Of a stretch of 64,000 bases of DNA, positions 1 to 10,179 are shown one piece after another. The first letter of the stretch is position 1. The number at the start of each line of letters is the position of its first letter. The stretch lies in the NCBI GenBank assembly GCA_965222655.1, contig CBDCUP010000019.1, forward strand, positions 280,825 through 344,824, in the 5' to 3' direction. Source of the stretch: Acidobacteriota bacterium (GTDB taxonomy: Bacteria > Acidobacteriota > UBA6911 > RPQK01 > JAJDTT01). Made by a program: the position numbers and the translations under genes. The notes under the pieces are model-generated. The model ran no database searches, was not told the origin of the DNA, and saw only the letters and a list, made by a program, of their open reading frames with translations.

Positions 1-770
1 CCTCAGGGACCTGTACCGCTACCATTCGCCACTGCAACCATCTGGGACGCCTTGCAAGCTACATGCGGATGGCGGCGCAAGAAGGAATGATCAGCATGTT
101 CATGGCCAACTCCCATGGACAGAGGGGGCTGGTTGCACCTTGGGGTGGCACGGAACCTCGGCTGGGAACGAATCCCATGGGGTTCGGGTTCCCCACCGAT
201 GGCGACCCCTTCATCCTGGATATGACGACTTGCGTGGCAGCGGCGGGAAAGGTCGCACTCTCGCACACCAAGCATGAGTCGACTCCAGAAGGCTGGCTGA
301 TCGACAGCGATGGAGCCCCTACGACCGATCCCGGCGTGCTGTTCCAGGATCCGCCGGGCGCGCTTCTCCCTTTGGGCGGCATCGCTGGACACAAGGGCTT
401 CGGCCTGGGACTGGCCGTTGAGGTCCTGGCCGGTGCTTTGAGCGGTGCCGGGTGCACACGATGGGAGTCCACCAGAGGAGGGAATGCCGTATTCCTGATG
501 GTTGCGAGTATTGAGGCCTTCCTACCGGTCGATCAGTTCCGATCGGAAGCTCAAAGGCTGATGGGCTACGTCAAGTCCTCACCCAGGACGGCAGGCTTCG
601 AACAGATCCAGATTCCAGGAGAGCTGGAGGCACAGCACAGAGAGAAGCGAGTCAGGGAGGGCATCCTCATCGATGAGAACACCTGGCAACAGCTGCTCAC
701 GGCCGCAGACAACGTCGGCCTGAGCTGGGAGCCCTCCCGGCAAGCCCTGGTCCAAAAGAGTCCTTCTTGA
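1..770 (+). CDS. Ldh_2 family malate/L-lactate/sulfolactate-type dehydrogenase, 5'-truncated at window edge
   Basis: C-terminal two thirds of an Ldh_2-type protein (HKGFGLGLAVEVLAGALSGAG motif region); reading frame is open back to position 3. Confidence 0.65.
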   Translation, partial: SGTCTATIRHCNHLGRLASYMRMAAQEGMISMFMANSHGQRGLVAPWGGTEPRLGTNPMGFGFPTDGDPFILDMTTCVAAAGKVALSHTKHESTPEGWLIDSDGAPTTDPGVLFQDPPGALLPLGGIAGHKGFGLGLAVEVLAGALSGAGCTRWESTRGGNAVFLMVASIEAFLPVDQFRSEAQRLMGYVKSSPRTAGFEQIQIPGELEAQHREKRVREGILIDENTWQQLLTAADNVGLSWEPSRQALVQKSPS

Positions 771-786
771 ACGAAAGGGTCAGACG

Positions 787-2475
787 ATGGTGAAAACCAA
801 ACTGCTCTGGATGGTACCGGTAGGACTGTTGTCAATCCTGGCCTGTGCGCCAGTAGAGAAGGAAACAGGGGAGGACATAAGCGGAACCGGCTTCCAGTCT
901 GATCGAAAACGAAAGCTGATCTACTACGACTCTGCCTCGCAGCAATCACACGGTTATCTGGATCGGGGCGTAGAAACGCCTTTCATGAGCCTGCTCTACG
1001 AAGTCACCGACGAGCAGTCGTTTCTGGATGTCCGCACCAGCCTGACTTTCGACACCCAGGTCGACACCTACGTCTGGCACATCGGAAACGGCTGTGATCC
1101 ACCCTATGACATACCCAAGAAGATGCTCTGGCCCTGCTTCAGCTCCTACGAGCAAGTCAGAGACGTGGTAATCAAGGCGTGCCACCAACAGGGAATTGAG
1201 ATCTGGGCTTCCCTACGCATGAACGACCTGCATTCCTCCTTCAGGTCCAGAACCCTGCAGGAGACCGACGATCCTCTCAAGGCCCAACACCCGGAGTATC
1301 TGATATCGCCACCCAGCGTCCGCGACCTGCCGACCGAGCTGACCGAACAACGGCTTTGGGTCGCCTTCAACTACGCCCATTCCGGGGTCCGACAACACCG
1401 GCTGGACTTCATCGAGAAAACCGCTTCGGAGCACGACTTCGACGGCTACGAGCTCGACTTCAATCGGATGGGAATCAGTTTCCCGCTGGGTGAGGAGCAG
1501 CAGCATGCACACCTACTGACCGACCTGATCCGGCAGATCCGGGAGCGTCTCAATGCAATTGGAGAGCGGCGAGGCCGGCCCTACACTCTCGCGATCCACG
1601 TGATGGACTCATTGGAGACCTCACTGGAACTGGGAATGGAAGTGGAGCGATGGAGCCGCGAGGGGCTGGTGGACGTGCTCCTGGTGGGATTGGGTTACAT
1701 GCCCTCACAGGTGCCCATCGACCAATGGGTGGAGCTCGCGAAGAGATACCGGGTGCAGGTCTATCCCACGATCAACCCGAACACATTCCGAGCCGGAGCT
1801 TGGGAAGAGTGGTCAGACAAACCCGTTTTCCAGCAGGCGATGCGCGCTGCTGCCGCCTATTTCCTGCAGCAGGGAGCCGACGGCCTCTACCTCTTCAACT
1901 TTGCCAATGAGCCCAGCCAGGAAGTGACAGACGAGGAGTTCACTTCAGCCTTGAACGAGCTGGGCGATCTGGAGAAGCTGGCAGACAAGGATAAGCTGTA
2001 TGGGATCGAGCCCACGGCCCACGGCGGGGGATCCTTCTATCACGGCTCCCAACCGGCACTGCTCCCGATCGTCCTGGATCGGGTCGAGCGAAAACTGCCC
2101 CTGAACATGGGTCCGGACGCCGGAGACTCACGCGCCCGCTTCAAGATCAGTGTCTGGACTGCCGAGGCTTCGGAAGACACGGTCCTGTGGACCAGGCTGA
2201 ACCACGTTCTGTTGCCCAAGCCGACCCGGGAGGGGCCTTGGTTTCACATGGAGGTTCCAGCTGGAGTCATGCGGAAGGGGTACAACGAACTGAGTCTCTG
2301 GTGCAATGTCCCGTCAGGGGGTCCTTACGCGGGATTGGTAGGCCCGCCCGGGGCCGATCCCAGCGAGTTCCTGAAGCAGGCCTTCGGCCGCGGACAAAAG
2401 CCCGCACCGAGCACCCAGGGTCCGGTCATCGTCCACCAGATCCTGGTAGCGGCCACCTATTCCGAAACGCCGTGA
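787..2475 (+). CDS. hypothetical lipoprotein, possibly TIM-barrel glycosidase-like
   Basis: 562-aa ORF with N-terminal lipoprotein-like signal (LLSILAC); no motif I can name confidently. Confidence 0.45.
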   Translation: MVKTKLLWMVPVGLLSILACAPVEKETGEDISGTGFQSDRKRKLIYYDSASQQSHGYLDRGVETPFMSLLYEVTDEQSFLDVRTSLTFDTQVDTYVWHIGNGCDPPYDIPKKMLWPCFSSYEQVRDVVIKACHQQGIEIWASLRMNDLHSSFRSRTLQETDDPLKAQHPEYLISPPSVRDLPTELTEQRLWVAFNYAHSGVRQHRLDFIEKTASEHDFDGYELDFNRMGISFPLGEEQQHAHLLTDLIRQIRERLNAIGERRGRPYTLAIHVMDSLETSLELGMEVERWSREGLVDVLLVGLGYMPSQVPIDQWVELAKRYRVQVYPTINPNTFRAGAWEEWSDKPVFQQAMRAAAAYFLQQGADGLYLFNFANEPSQEVTDEEFTSALNELGDLEKLADKDKLYGIEPTAHGGGSFYHGSQPALLPIVLDRVERKLPLNMGPDAGDSRARFKISVWTAEASEDTVLWTRLNHVLLPKPTREGPWFHMEVPAGVMRKGYNELSLWCNVPSGGPYAGLVGPPGADPSEFLKQAFGRGQKPAPSTQGPVIVHQILVAATYSETP

Positions 2476-2530
2476 AACTTCGGCGAACTTGGGAGGAAGC
2501 TCGAATTTTGTTTTGACAGGATCTACGCGG

Positions 2531-2737
2531 AAGGCGTTACTGCGTGTAGCCCAGGGTTGCAATGCGAAGCGAGCTACCCTGGGTCTAGATCGTAAAGGGC
2601 GTTACCCCAACGGGGTTATTGCCGCCCGGAGACGTTTTGGCAACAACGCTTTCAGCGTAGAAAAGACGAGAGACAACTCAAACCCAGGGTAGCTCGCTTC
2701 GCATTGCAACCCTGGGCTACACGCAATAACGCCTTCG
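2531..2737. repeat. large near-perfect palindrome with arms of about 55 bp and a loop of about 100 bp
   Basis: aaggcgttactgcgtgtagcccagggttgcaatgcgaagcgagctaccctgggt at 2531-2587 is reverse-complementary to 2686-2737, with 1 mismatch. Confidence 0.8.
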
Positions 2738-2869
2738 GCGTAGGCGATAGAGAAGTTTCCCCCATGATCCTGCGTCAGCTGGTGACCCCACTGGGCTGGA
2801 TGACGCAATCCCGTTGGGATTGACTTCTATTGATGTCGCCCCGGCGTACGCCTGACTAAACTGGCGATC

Positions 2870-3451
2870 CTACCCAAAATAGGCAGGTGCGCCGTCTGGT
2901 TTCCACTTGATATTGCAGCCGATGCTGGGCTTCTGGTCCGGGTCGGGTTCGTCTCCGGCCAAGACCTGGTCCAGAGCGGCCCTCAGGTCTTTTCCGTCAA
3001 CGGGACTATCGTTCCCAGGGCGTCCGTCGTCCAACTGCCCGCGATAGACCAATCTCTGCTGGGCATCGAACAGAAAGAAATCAGGGGTGCAGGCGGCCGT
3101 ATAGGCCTTGGCTGTCTGTTGGCTCTCGTCATAGCAGAAGGGAAACGAGAAACCGAGATCCTGGGCCATGGAGCACAGCTGGTCTGGGGAGTCGTCCGGA
3201 TAGTTGTCGGCATCGTTCGAACTGATCGCCACGATGCCTGCATCCCGATCGCCATAGTCCCTTCCGATCCGGGCCAGCTCGTCCTGGACGTGGATCACGT
3301 AGGGACAGTGCCTACAAATGAACATCACCAGGAGGGCCTTCTTTCCCTCGAAGCTTCCCAGTGAAACCGATTCTCCAGAGACGACATCCGGAAGCTCGAA
3401 CTCGGGAGCCGTCGTCCCCAGGTCCAACATGGTTGAGGGAGTAAGAACCAT
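2870..3451 (-). CDS. thioredoxin-fold redoxin (AhpC/TSA-TlpA-like thiol-disulfide oxidoreductase)
   Basis: CxxC motif FICRHCPYV in thioredoxin-like context; GCNIKW C-terminal region. Confidence 0.7.
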   Translation of the reverse strand: MVLTPSTMLDLGTTAPEFELPDVVSGESVSLGSFEGKKALLVMFICRHCPYVIHVQDELARIGRDYGDRDAGIVAISSNDADNYPDDSPDQLCSMAQDLGFSFPFCYDESQQTAKAYTAACTPDFFLFDAQQRLVYRGQLDDGRPGNDSPVDGKDLRAALDQVLAGDEPDPDQKPSIGCNIKWKPDGAPAYFG

Positions 3452-3514
3452 TGCATTCCTCCTTTGATCAATACCGACTGAGTTGACTATTCGATTGAGA
3501 CCGACGTCGAGCCT

Positions 3515-4267
3515 TCAATTCTTCTTCTCAGAGCGGACGTGGGTCTTCCGCAGATGTTCCTGATAGCGGGTGTTCGCCCCGGTGTCGCGTTTAGCCCGAG
3601 AGGAGTGGAAGGCAAAGCCCAGGTTTCGCCTGTGATCACCCGTTTGATTCGGTCCCGTCCGATGGATCACGTTGACGTGGTGAAGCGACAGATCGCCCGG
3701 CTTCATACAGAGCGGAACCTCGGGATGCCGGTTGAGGTCTGGGGCCTCGGCTAGACCCAGGCTGGCTCCGGTTACGCCGGAAGGCCGATGGGGAAGAATC
3801 GGACTTTCATGGGACCCTTTGAGACACACGATCGTACCGTTTTCCTCGGTTGCTTCATCCAGGGCCAGGGTTGCCGCCACCGCCTCGGGTGGATCCCAGA
3901 ACTGGTAGGCGTTGTCCTGATGATAGGGGAACTCGTAGGACGCTCGGGGGGCCTTATCGATCAGCATCACGCCATCTGCCGTCACCTCTGTGCCCGGGAA
4001 CAGGGCTTCCGCAACGGCGATCAGACGCGGATCCCACATCAGCTTTTCGAAGTAATCGGAACGTTGGTTCATCCGAAACACGCAACGTATCGACCTGCTG
4101 GCGGCATCCTCGTAATAGACTTCGCCTGAGTCGGCTGTGGAGAGGGACTCCTCGAGATAGGACTGAAGATGACCGTCCACGGCCCTCAGCTCCTCCAACG
4201 AGAAGAACCCTCGAACGATTCCGAAACCGTTTTCGTGGAAGTCCTTGGCTATCGCGGCGTAATCCAT
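3515..4267 (-). CDS. phytanoyl-CoA dioxygenase (PhyH) family Fe/2OG oxygenase
   Basis: PhyH-like motifs (FPYHQD ... HHVNVIHRTGPN). Confidence 0.7.
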   Translation of the reverse strand: MDYAAIAKDFHENGFGIVRGFFSLEELRAVDGHLQSYLEESLSTADSGEVYYEDAASRSIRCVFRMNQRSDYFEKLMWDPRLIAVAEALFPGTEVTADGVMLIDKAPRASYEFPYHQDNAYQFWDPPEAVAATLALDEATEENGTIVCLKGSHESPILPHRPSGVTGASLGLAEAPDLNRHPEVPLCMKPGDLSLHHVNVIHRTGPNQTGDHRRNLGFAFHSSRAKRDTGANTRYQEHLRKTHVRSEKKN

Positions 4268-4359
4268 GCTGCCCTCCAGCAGGCGACGGACGGGAATTTT
4301 GGGTAGTGGAACGATACTCGGGGACGTTTTCGATCCGCTAGCGTGAATCCCTTCTTCTT

Positions 4360-5139
4360 TTACGGCGTTTTTCCCCCGTCGAACTCTCGGCGGTAGGCGA
4401 TGTCGTCCCCCAGCGGGACAGCCCGGAACTGGTGTTCGATCTTGCGGTCGTGTACCGGGTCGTGCAGACCTATCAGAAAGCTATCCCCAACACCGAGAGC
4501 CGCCTCCTTGGGGAGGCCTAGACGGTCCACGGTGGCTTCAACCGAATCGAGAAAAGAGCTGCAGCCACAATAGAGGACCATCGGATCTGCAAGTCCTTTG
4601 ACCTCGTCCATGGCCAGCAGGTGTTCCAGGTCCACCAGTTCATCGAGGGTGGTGTCCTGGAGAGGCACCGTTTGCCCAAGTATACCGACCTGGCTATAGA
4701 TTCGCAGCTGATCCCAATGGGAGCGGACCTCGTCGTAAGGCCAGGCATCGCAAGCCAGGGGGTGGGGACACATCTGCTTGGGCTTGTCGGGGAAGATCGG
4801 ATCGAGCTCACGATCGCATTGATCGCTGCCTACCGAGATGAAGATTTCCTCTCCGACTCGGAGGGCTACCACCTCTGCTTCTCCGCCGGTCATGGTGCCC
4901 TGGACCTCGAACTCCGGGCCTTGGGTCAAAAGATAGCGGCCCAGATGAAAGACCGAGGGGTTGGTTCTGGTAGCCATGGTGTAGCGGCCATCGCGCTCGA
5001 GCATCTCATCCATTTCCTGACGCATAGCCTCCACATCGCGCGAGCAGAATCGAGCTCCTGACACGGAACCGATGGGGAAGGCGCGCTCCTGGACCCCCTC
5101 TTTACTGTGTATCCTCATCTCGATAGGACCGATCTTCAT
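4360..5139 (-). CDS. hypothetical protein
   Basis: 259-aa ORF; coding-like composition; no recognisable motif. Confidence 0.4.
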   Translation of the reverse strand: MKIGPIEMRIHSKEGVQERAFPIGSVSGARFCSRDVEAMRQEMDEMLERDGRYTMATRTNPSVFHLGRYLLTQGPEFEVQGTMTGGEAEVVALRVGEEIFISVGSDQCDRELDPIFPDKPKQMCPHPLACDAWPYDEVRSHWDQLRIYSQVGILGQTVPLQDTTLDELVDLEHLLAMDEVKGLADPMVLYCGCSSFLDSVEATVDRLGLPKEAALGVGDSFLIGLHDPVHDRKIEHQFRAVPLGDDIAYRREFDGGKTP

Positions 5140-5184
5140 GGTTTAAGTTCCTTCGATTGCATCCGCCTTCTCTTAGGGCGCCGT

Positions 5185-6432
5185 CTACAAGAATTCAATA
5201 GTCTGCCCGGCAACCACGTCGCTGGCAGAATAGGCCACTTTGCTCCGGACTCTTCCGTCCGGGTCCAACAGGAGGACCTCGTCCCCTGTGTTGTTGAGGG
5301 GCAGCTTGCCGGCTGGGAGCGAAATCTCATGATCTTCTCCAGCCGCAACGGATCCTTCGAGGCTCAGCCGGCTACCCGCCCGATCCTGCAAGATCCAACC
5401 CTGGAGGTTGGCGGTCGCCGTTCCCAGATTGCGCAAGGTCACACCTTCGAGACCTCGATCGGAACCCACGGGATCGGGCAGAAGCGAAACGATTGCCAAA
5501 GCTCCAGACCCAGCATCGTCGCGTGCGACGATCCTGTCGGTGATCTGGTCGGCAGTGGTCACCACCATCTGTGGACGACCCCGAAACGTGCTGAGCCGAC
5601 CTGTGACATAGGCATAACTCCGTCTCGGGCGACCCTCCCCGTGGCTGAAATAACGCGTCCCCAATAAGTCAGCGATTTCTTCCCCCGCGGGAGCGTCGAT
5701 ATCAGGAAGAAAAAGTTTGAAGGGTTGCTGGTCCGATCCAATGTCGATCAGGCCGTGTCGACCACCCGCCCGGCTAAGAGAATACAGCTCCGTAAACACT
5801 GTAGCGCTTTCTCCTGCCTGGGCCTTGGCCTCCAGGATCGCGTAGTCCAGCCTGGTATTGAGCACCGAAGCGTCCACAGCCTTCAACTTCCGATACTCGT
5901 CGATGATGCTGGCGCGCAGCTGCCACCAGGTGCCCAGCGCGGCGTAGTTTCTGATCTCGACACCATTGACGGTCGTCTGATCCCATACCCCCAGACGCCG
6001 GCGCTGTGCTTCCCGCTCGGCCTCGACGTATCGCTCGTGGTGGCCGGCGAATTGGGCATTGCCGTATTTGACAAAGTAGGGGCTGAATCCTTCCCGAATC
6101 ATGGTTCTCTGGAAATCTACTCCGCCCCGGTAGACGTATACCAACAGCCGGCCGAAATTGCCACGGTGTTTCTGCAGGGCTGTCTCCAAACTCTCATTGC
6201 CCGGAAACTCGATTGTTACCGTGTCTGCGCCCTGGAAAAACTCCTGGGCACGCTTCTTCGCCTCCTTGCCCCAGGGCGTCACCGGCTTGCTACCAAACGA
6301 ATACGACTCTTCTGTGTCCAAGGCCAGAATCCGGAGGGACTCGTCGCTCTGGGCACCGGGTAGAAAAACGCGGATGGTATCGCCATCCACGACGCGACTG
6401 AATCTAACGTCGAGATGGGTTCCTTTGATCAT
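5185..6432 (-). CDS. thermonuclease (SNase-like) family protein with C-terminal lamin-tail domain
   Basis: N-terminal VDGDTIRV SNase-type motif; C-terminal LTD-like region (LRNLGTATANLQGWILQD ... NNTGDEVLLLDPDGR). Confidence 0.65.
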   Translation of the reverse strand: MIKGTHLDVRFSRVVDGDTIRVFLPGAQSDESLRILALDTEESYSFGSKPVTPWGKEAKKRAQEFFQGADTVTIEFPGNESLETALQKHRGNFGRLLVYVYRGGVDFQRTMIREGFSPYFVKYGNAQFAGHHERYVEAEREAQRRRLGVWDQTTVNGVEIRNYAALGTWWQLRASIIDEYRKLKAVDASVLNTRLDYAILEAKAQAGESATVFTELYSLSRAGGRHGLIDIGSDQQPFKLFLPDIDAPAGEEIADLLGTRYFSHGEGRPRRSYAYVTGRLSTFRGRPQMVVTTADQITDRIVARDDAGSGALAIVSLLPDPVGSDRGLEGVTLRNLGTATANLQGWILQDRAGSRLSLEGSVAAGEDHEISLPAGKLPLNNTGDEVLLLDPDGRVRSKVAYSASDVVAGQTIEFL

Positions 6433-6752
6433 ATTCTTGAGGCTACCTCTCCACCGCCTAAAGGCGGTGGATTCGACCTGCGACTAAAGTCGCCTAAAGA
6501 CCTCGCCTCCGATCCAGGCGACTCCCTTGAGCACCTCCAACAGTCGGCTCGGCGCCCACTTCGTCGAGTCGTCGAGCAACCCAGACGCTAGCCGGCTACC
6601 TTCCCTACGCACACCGGCTTGCTGGAGCAAGCCTCCTGAAGGCTTCGCCTAAAGGCGAGGGGGTTCACCCATCCCCGAATGGGACCCTAAGCTGGCACTT
6701 CCTTGACGAGAAGATCATTCAAGAGCCTCGAGTTGACACAGCCGTGATCTTC

Positions 6753-6810
6753 GTAGGATGGGCACTCTTGCCCGTCGCTGTGATCGACGGGCAGGAGTGC
6801 CCGTCCTACA
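6753..6810. repeat. REP-like palindromic element, family 1; a second copy lies at 45375-45431
   Basis: gtaggatgggcactcttgcccgtc ... gacgggcaggagtgcccgtcctac; almost identical palindrome at 45375-45431. Confidence 0.8.
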
Positions 6811-7069
6811 ACGGACATGCTGCTATGGATGCTCGTGGCTAGAGACAACCCTGTTTCTTTCTCGAATGGGGCAGCACCGCTGGGGGCGGGACTGACCTGA
6901 AACTTAAATCTTTAGCAACTATCAATGATATCAGCGATCGGTTCCGCAAACAGCGGAGAGATCGTGTGGCATCCTAACACACCCTCACAGAAGCAGTCTC
7001 AAGGTGTCCATGGCGGAGAATGGCTGATACCCTGGGACAGACGATGCCAAAGTTCCAGGCGGGTGGTAT

Positions 7070-8807
7070 GTGAGAGTCCAGATCAAGGCATTATCCATCC
7101 TATTCCTCCTTCTCGGAGCAGCCTTGCTCCCATTGCTGGCACAGATCCCTCGACCTGCTAGCTCAGACCAGTTGTCCCAGTTCACAGTTGTCGAGACCTC
7201 CATCCCGGATACTCAGTTAGCTTTGGAAAAGGGACTGGTGACATCGCGAGGACTGGTGCTGCAGTATCTGGCACGAATCGCCACCTATGAAGACAAACTG
7301 AACGGCGTCATCACGGTCAACTCCGGCGCACTGGGGGAGGCCCGAAGCCCTTGACCGTGAACGGGCTTTGGGCCAGATCCGGGGACCGCTGCATGGGATC
7401 CCGGTGGCTCTGAAGGACAACATCCACACCACGGATATGCCTACTACCGGGGGAGCACTGGCCCTCGACGGCCTCGTCCCCCCCTACGAGGCTACTCTGA
7501 CCCGAAACCTGCGGGCTGCGGGCGCCATCATCCCGGCCAAGACCGCGATGACGGAACTTGCAAACTGGGTGTCGGGACATCCAACGTCAATGCCGGACAA
7601 CTACACTGCCCTCGGCGGATACGGGATGAATCCCTACGATCCACGACGAGATTCCCGAGAGGGCAGCTTCGATGGCCGTCCGGCGCTTTTGCCGGGTGGG
7701 TCCAGCTCGGGAATTGGCACGGCCGTGAGCTTCTGGGCGGCCAACGTGGGAACCGAGACCTCGGGTTCGATCCTGAGTCCTGCCAACCAGAACATGCTGG
7801 TTGGGATCAAGCCTACACTCGGCCGCATCAGCCGACACGGGATTATTCCCATCACCGCCGACCAGGACACGGCCGGACCCATCGCGAGATCCGTGACTGA
7901 TGCTGCGATTCTATTGGGAGTGATGGAAGGGCAAAGGCCGGACGAAAACGATCCGGCCAGCGGCCGATGCGAGCCTCCTCCCGCTAACGACTACACGCCC
8001 TTCCTGAAACGGAACGGTTTGAGCGGAGCTCGTATCGGGGTCCCCAGGCCCTTCTACTACGAAAAGGTCACGCCTCCTGGGACCGAGGGCTCGCGTGGCG
8101 GTCTGAATCCACACCAGGCGAAGGTCATGATGGAGGCACTGGCAGTTCTAAGGCAACAGGGAGCCATAATCGTGGATCCAACCCCGATTCCCAGCATCGT
8201 GCACCCGGACCCGAAGCACAATTTCCTGCTCTGGCCCATCTGCTCTGGAGTTGCACATGCGAAGGGGAAGGACGAGTCCTGCTCCGTGGTCTTCAAGTAT
8301 GGAATGAAACGAGACTTCAACCAGTGGCTGCGCTCCCTGGGCCCGGCGGCTCCGGTGAAGTCACTGACGGAGCTGCGCCAATGGAATCTGGCCCACCAGA
8401 GAGCCGACAGTATCAAGTACGGACAGGCCAGACTGGATATCTCCGACGAGATGGATCTGGATGCAGATCGAACGCGTTACCACTCCGACCGGGCCAAGGA
8501 CCTGGCCCTTGCTGGAAGCCACGGTATCGATAAGGTCATGAAAGACTACCGGCTGGATGCGCTGCTGTTTCCCGGAGCAAAAGGGGCGTCGATCGCCGCT
8601 CGACCAGGGTACCCGACGGTGATCGTCCCCTTCGGCAGGGTTCCCAACGAGCCGACTCCTCCCTTCCCGGAGGGATTCGAGGCGCAGCCTTCCCCCTTTG
8701 GCATCAGCTTCACCGGCCTGGCCTGTAGCGAGCCGAGGCTTATCGAAATCGCCTACGCCTTCGAGCAGGCCACCCGCCGCCGGGTGATCCCACCTGGGTT
8801 TCGGTAG
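7070..8807 (+). CDS. secreted amidase (amidase-signature family) interrupted by a +1 frameshift near 7345
   Basis: ORF 7070-7354 (signal peptide plus N-terminus) and ORF 7368-8807 (GPLHGIPVALKDNI ... GGSSSG) are one gene; frame 2 reads PEALDRERALGQIRGPLHGIP straight across the ORF1 stop. Confidence 0.75.
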
Positions 8808-8996
8808 AGGTTTTCCTTCGAAATTCGCTTGAGCACTCAGAGCTAATCCTGGGTCTTGAAGGTAGCATCCTCACCGTCCTGGGAAACCAGCACTTCGACC
8901 TCACGTCCCGGCCACAGGAGATTCTGGTGATAGAGAAACGAAGTAACCCATTGAGTTACCGTAGGATAGAGAATTATCCAAGCAATTGTCTGAAAA

Positions 8997-9079
8997 CCGT
9001 GGCGGTGGCCTCCGTGCCGCCGTTTTTCGAGCCAAAGGCTCGAAGGAAAGAACACGGCGGCACGGAGGCCACCGCCACG
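8997..9079. repeat. nested-palindrome REP-like element, family 2
   Basis: 26-bp perfect inverted arms ccgtggcggtggcctccgtgccgccg / cggcggcacggaggccaccgccacg around an inner tcgagcc-aaa-ggctcga hairpin. Confidence 0.75.
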
Positions 9080-9181
9080 TCCCTCGACTGAAGTTTCTTT
9101 CCTATACGATCCGGCGGTCTGCAGCCGGGGGCGGCGCTAAGCTGAAACATGAATAAGCCTGTGCCAGTGAAACGTGCCTTC

Positions 9182-9257
9182 GGTCTCCAGGCCGAAGTCT
9201 TCCACTTTCGAGCCTCTTGGCTCGAAACACGGCCGCCTGGAGACCGCCGCCACGTCC
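9182..9257. repeat. nested-palindrome REP-like element, family 2; a related copy lies at 46658-46729
   Basis: ggtctccaggccgaag ... inner tcgagcc...ggctcga hairpin ... cggccgcctggagaccgccgccacg. Confidence 0.7.
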
Positions 9258-9426
9258 AAGACAAAGTTTCATTTCGCGAACGGGGCCAGTGCTTCCTGGG
9301 GGTAGGACTGATCTGGATCTTGTGGTTCATTCCTTCCTCCAGTGGCGGTTTTTCAGAGCCCAGGTAAGGACACACCAGACAGCCTTTCGGGCCAGCTGAG
9401 CGTGGAATGTGGGTTCAGGAGGGGCT

Positions 9427-10176
9427 TTAGAGCTTCAGTCCCAACAGCCGAATGGCGTTGCCACCCAGCACCATCTTCTTCTCTTCATCGGTAATCTGGC
9501 TGACAAGCACCTTGGCAATCTGCTGAGAGGCATCCAGAAGGGGCATGTCGGTACCGAACAAGACCCGATCCGCCCTTCCCTCTTTGACAGCATGCTCGAC
9601 ACTGCGCAGTCCAGAACTGCAGGTTTCCACGTAGACACTGGAAAAATCTCGGACCGCCCTCGTCGCCTCCTTCCCGCTACCCCCGCCGGCATGAGCCATG
9701 ACCCAGTTGATCTGGGGAAATCGCTTCACCAGGCCCTCGTATCGATCGTAGATCGAGGTGGAAGGAGGGTCGAAGTAGTGCCTGGCGTGAGACATGATGG
9801 CTAGCTTGCGCTCATTGGCGTACTCGTAGATAGGAAAATAGAGAGGATCGTCGTGGGCGACCCGAACATAGTGAGGGTAGATCTTGATGAACTTCGTCCC
9901 CAGTTGGCTGAAACATCGCTCCAGCTCCTTGACCATCTCGCCGGGGTAGTTGGGAGTGACAAAAGCGACACCCACAAACCGTTTGGGCCACTTTCGGACG
10001 TACTGGGCTACCAGATCGTTGCCTCGATCGGCATCGCCGAAGAAGATGCAGTTGAGGCAGGCCACGTCGATGCCGGCATTGTCCATGCAGCGCAGATAGA
10101 TCTCGGGGTCGTCGAGCATTCCGAAGCGGCCCCAATTCCCAAGATGTGCGTGAAAGTCGACGACTGGAGTATTCAT
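9427..10176 (-). CDS. amidohydrolase-2 family metal-dependent hydrolase
   Basis: VDFHAHLG start motif and TIM-barrel amidohydrolase_2 pattern. Confidence 0.7.
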   Translation of the reverse strand: MNTPVVDFHAHLGNWGRFGMLDDPEIYLRCMDNAGIDVACLNCIFFGDADRGNDLVAQYVRKWPKRFVGVAFVTPNYPGEMVKELERCFSQLGTKFIKIYPHYVRVAHDDPLYFPIYEYANERKLAIMSHARHYFDPPSTSIYDRYEGLVKRFPQINWVMAHAGGGSGKEATRAVRDFSSVYVETCSSGLRSVEHAVKEGRADRVLFGTDMPLLDASQQIAKVLVSQITDEEKKMVLGGNAIRLLGLKL

Positions 10177-10179
10177 GAT

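Noticed and set aside
8843-9399. Several 60-130 aa ORFs across the REP family 2 cluster
   Set aside because: They are driven by palindromic repeat sequence. They are not coding.
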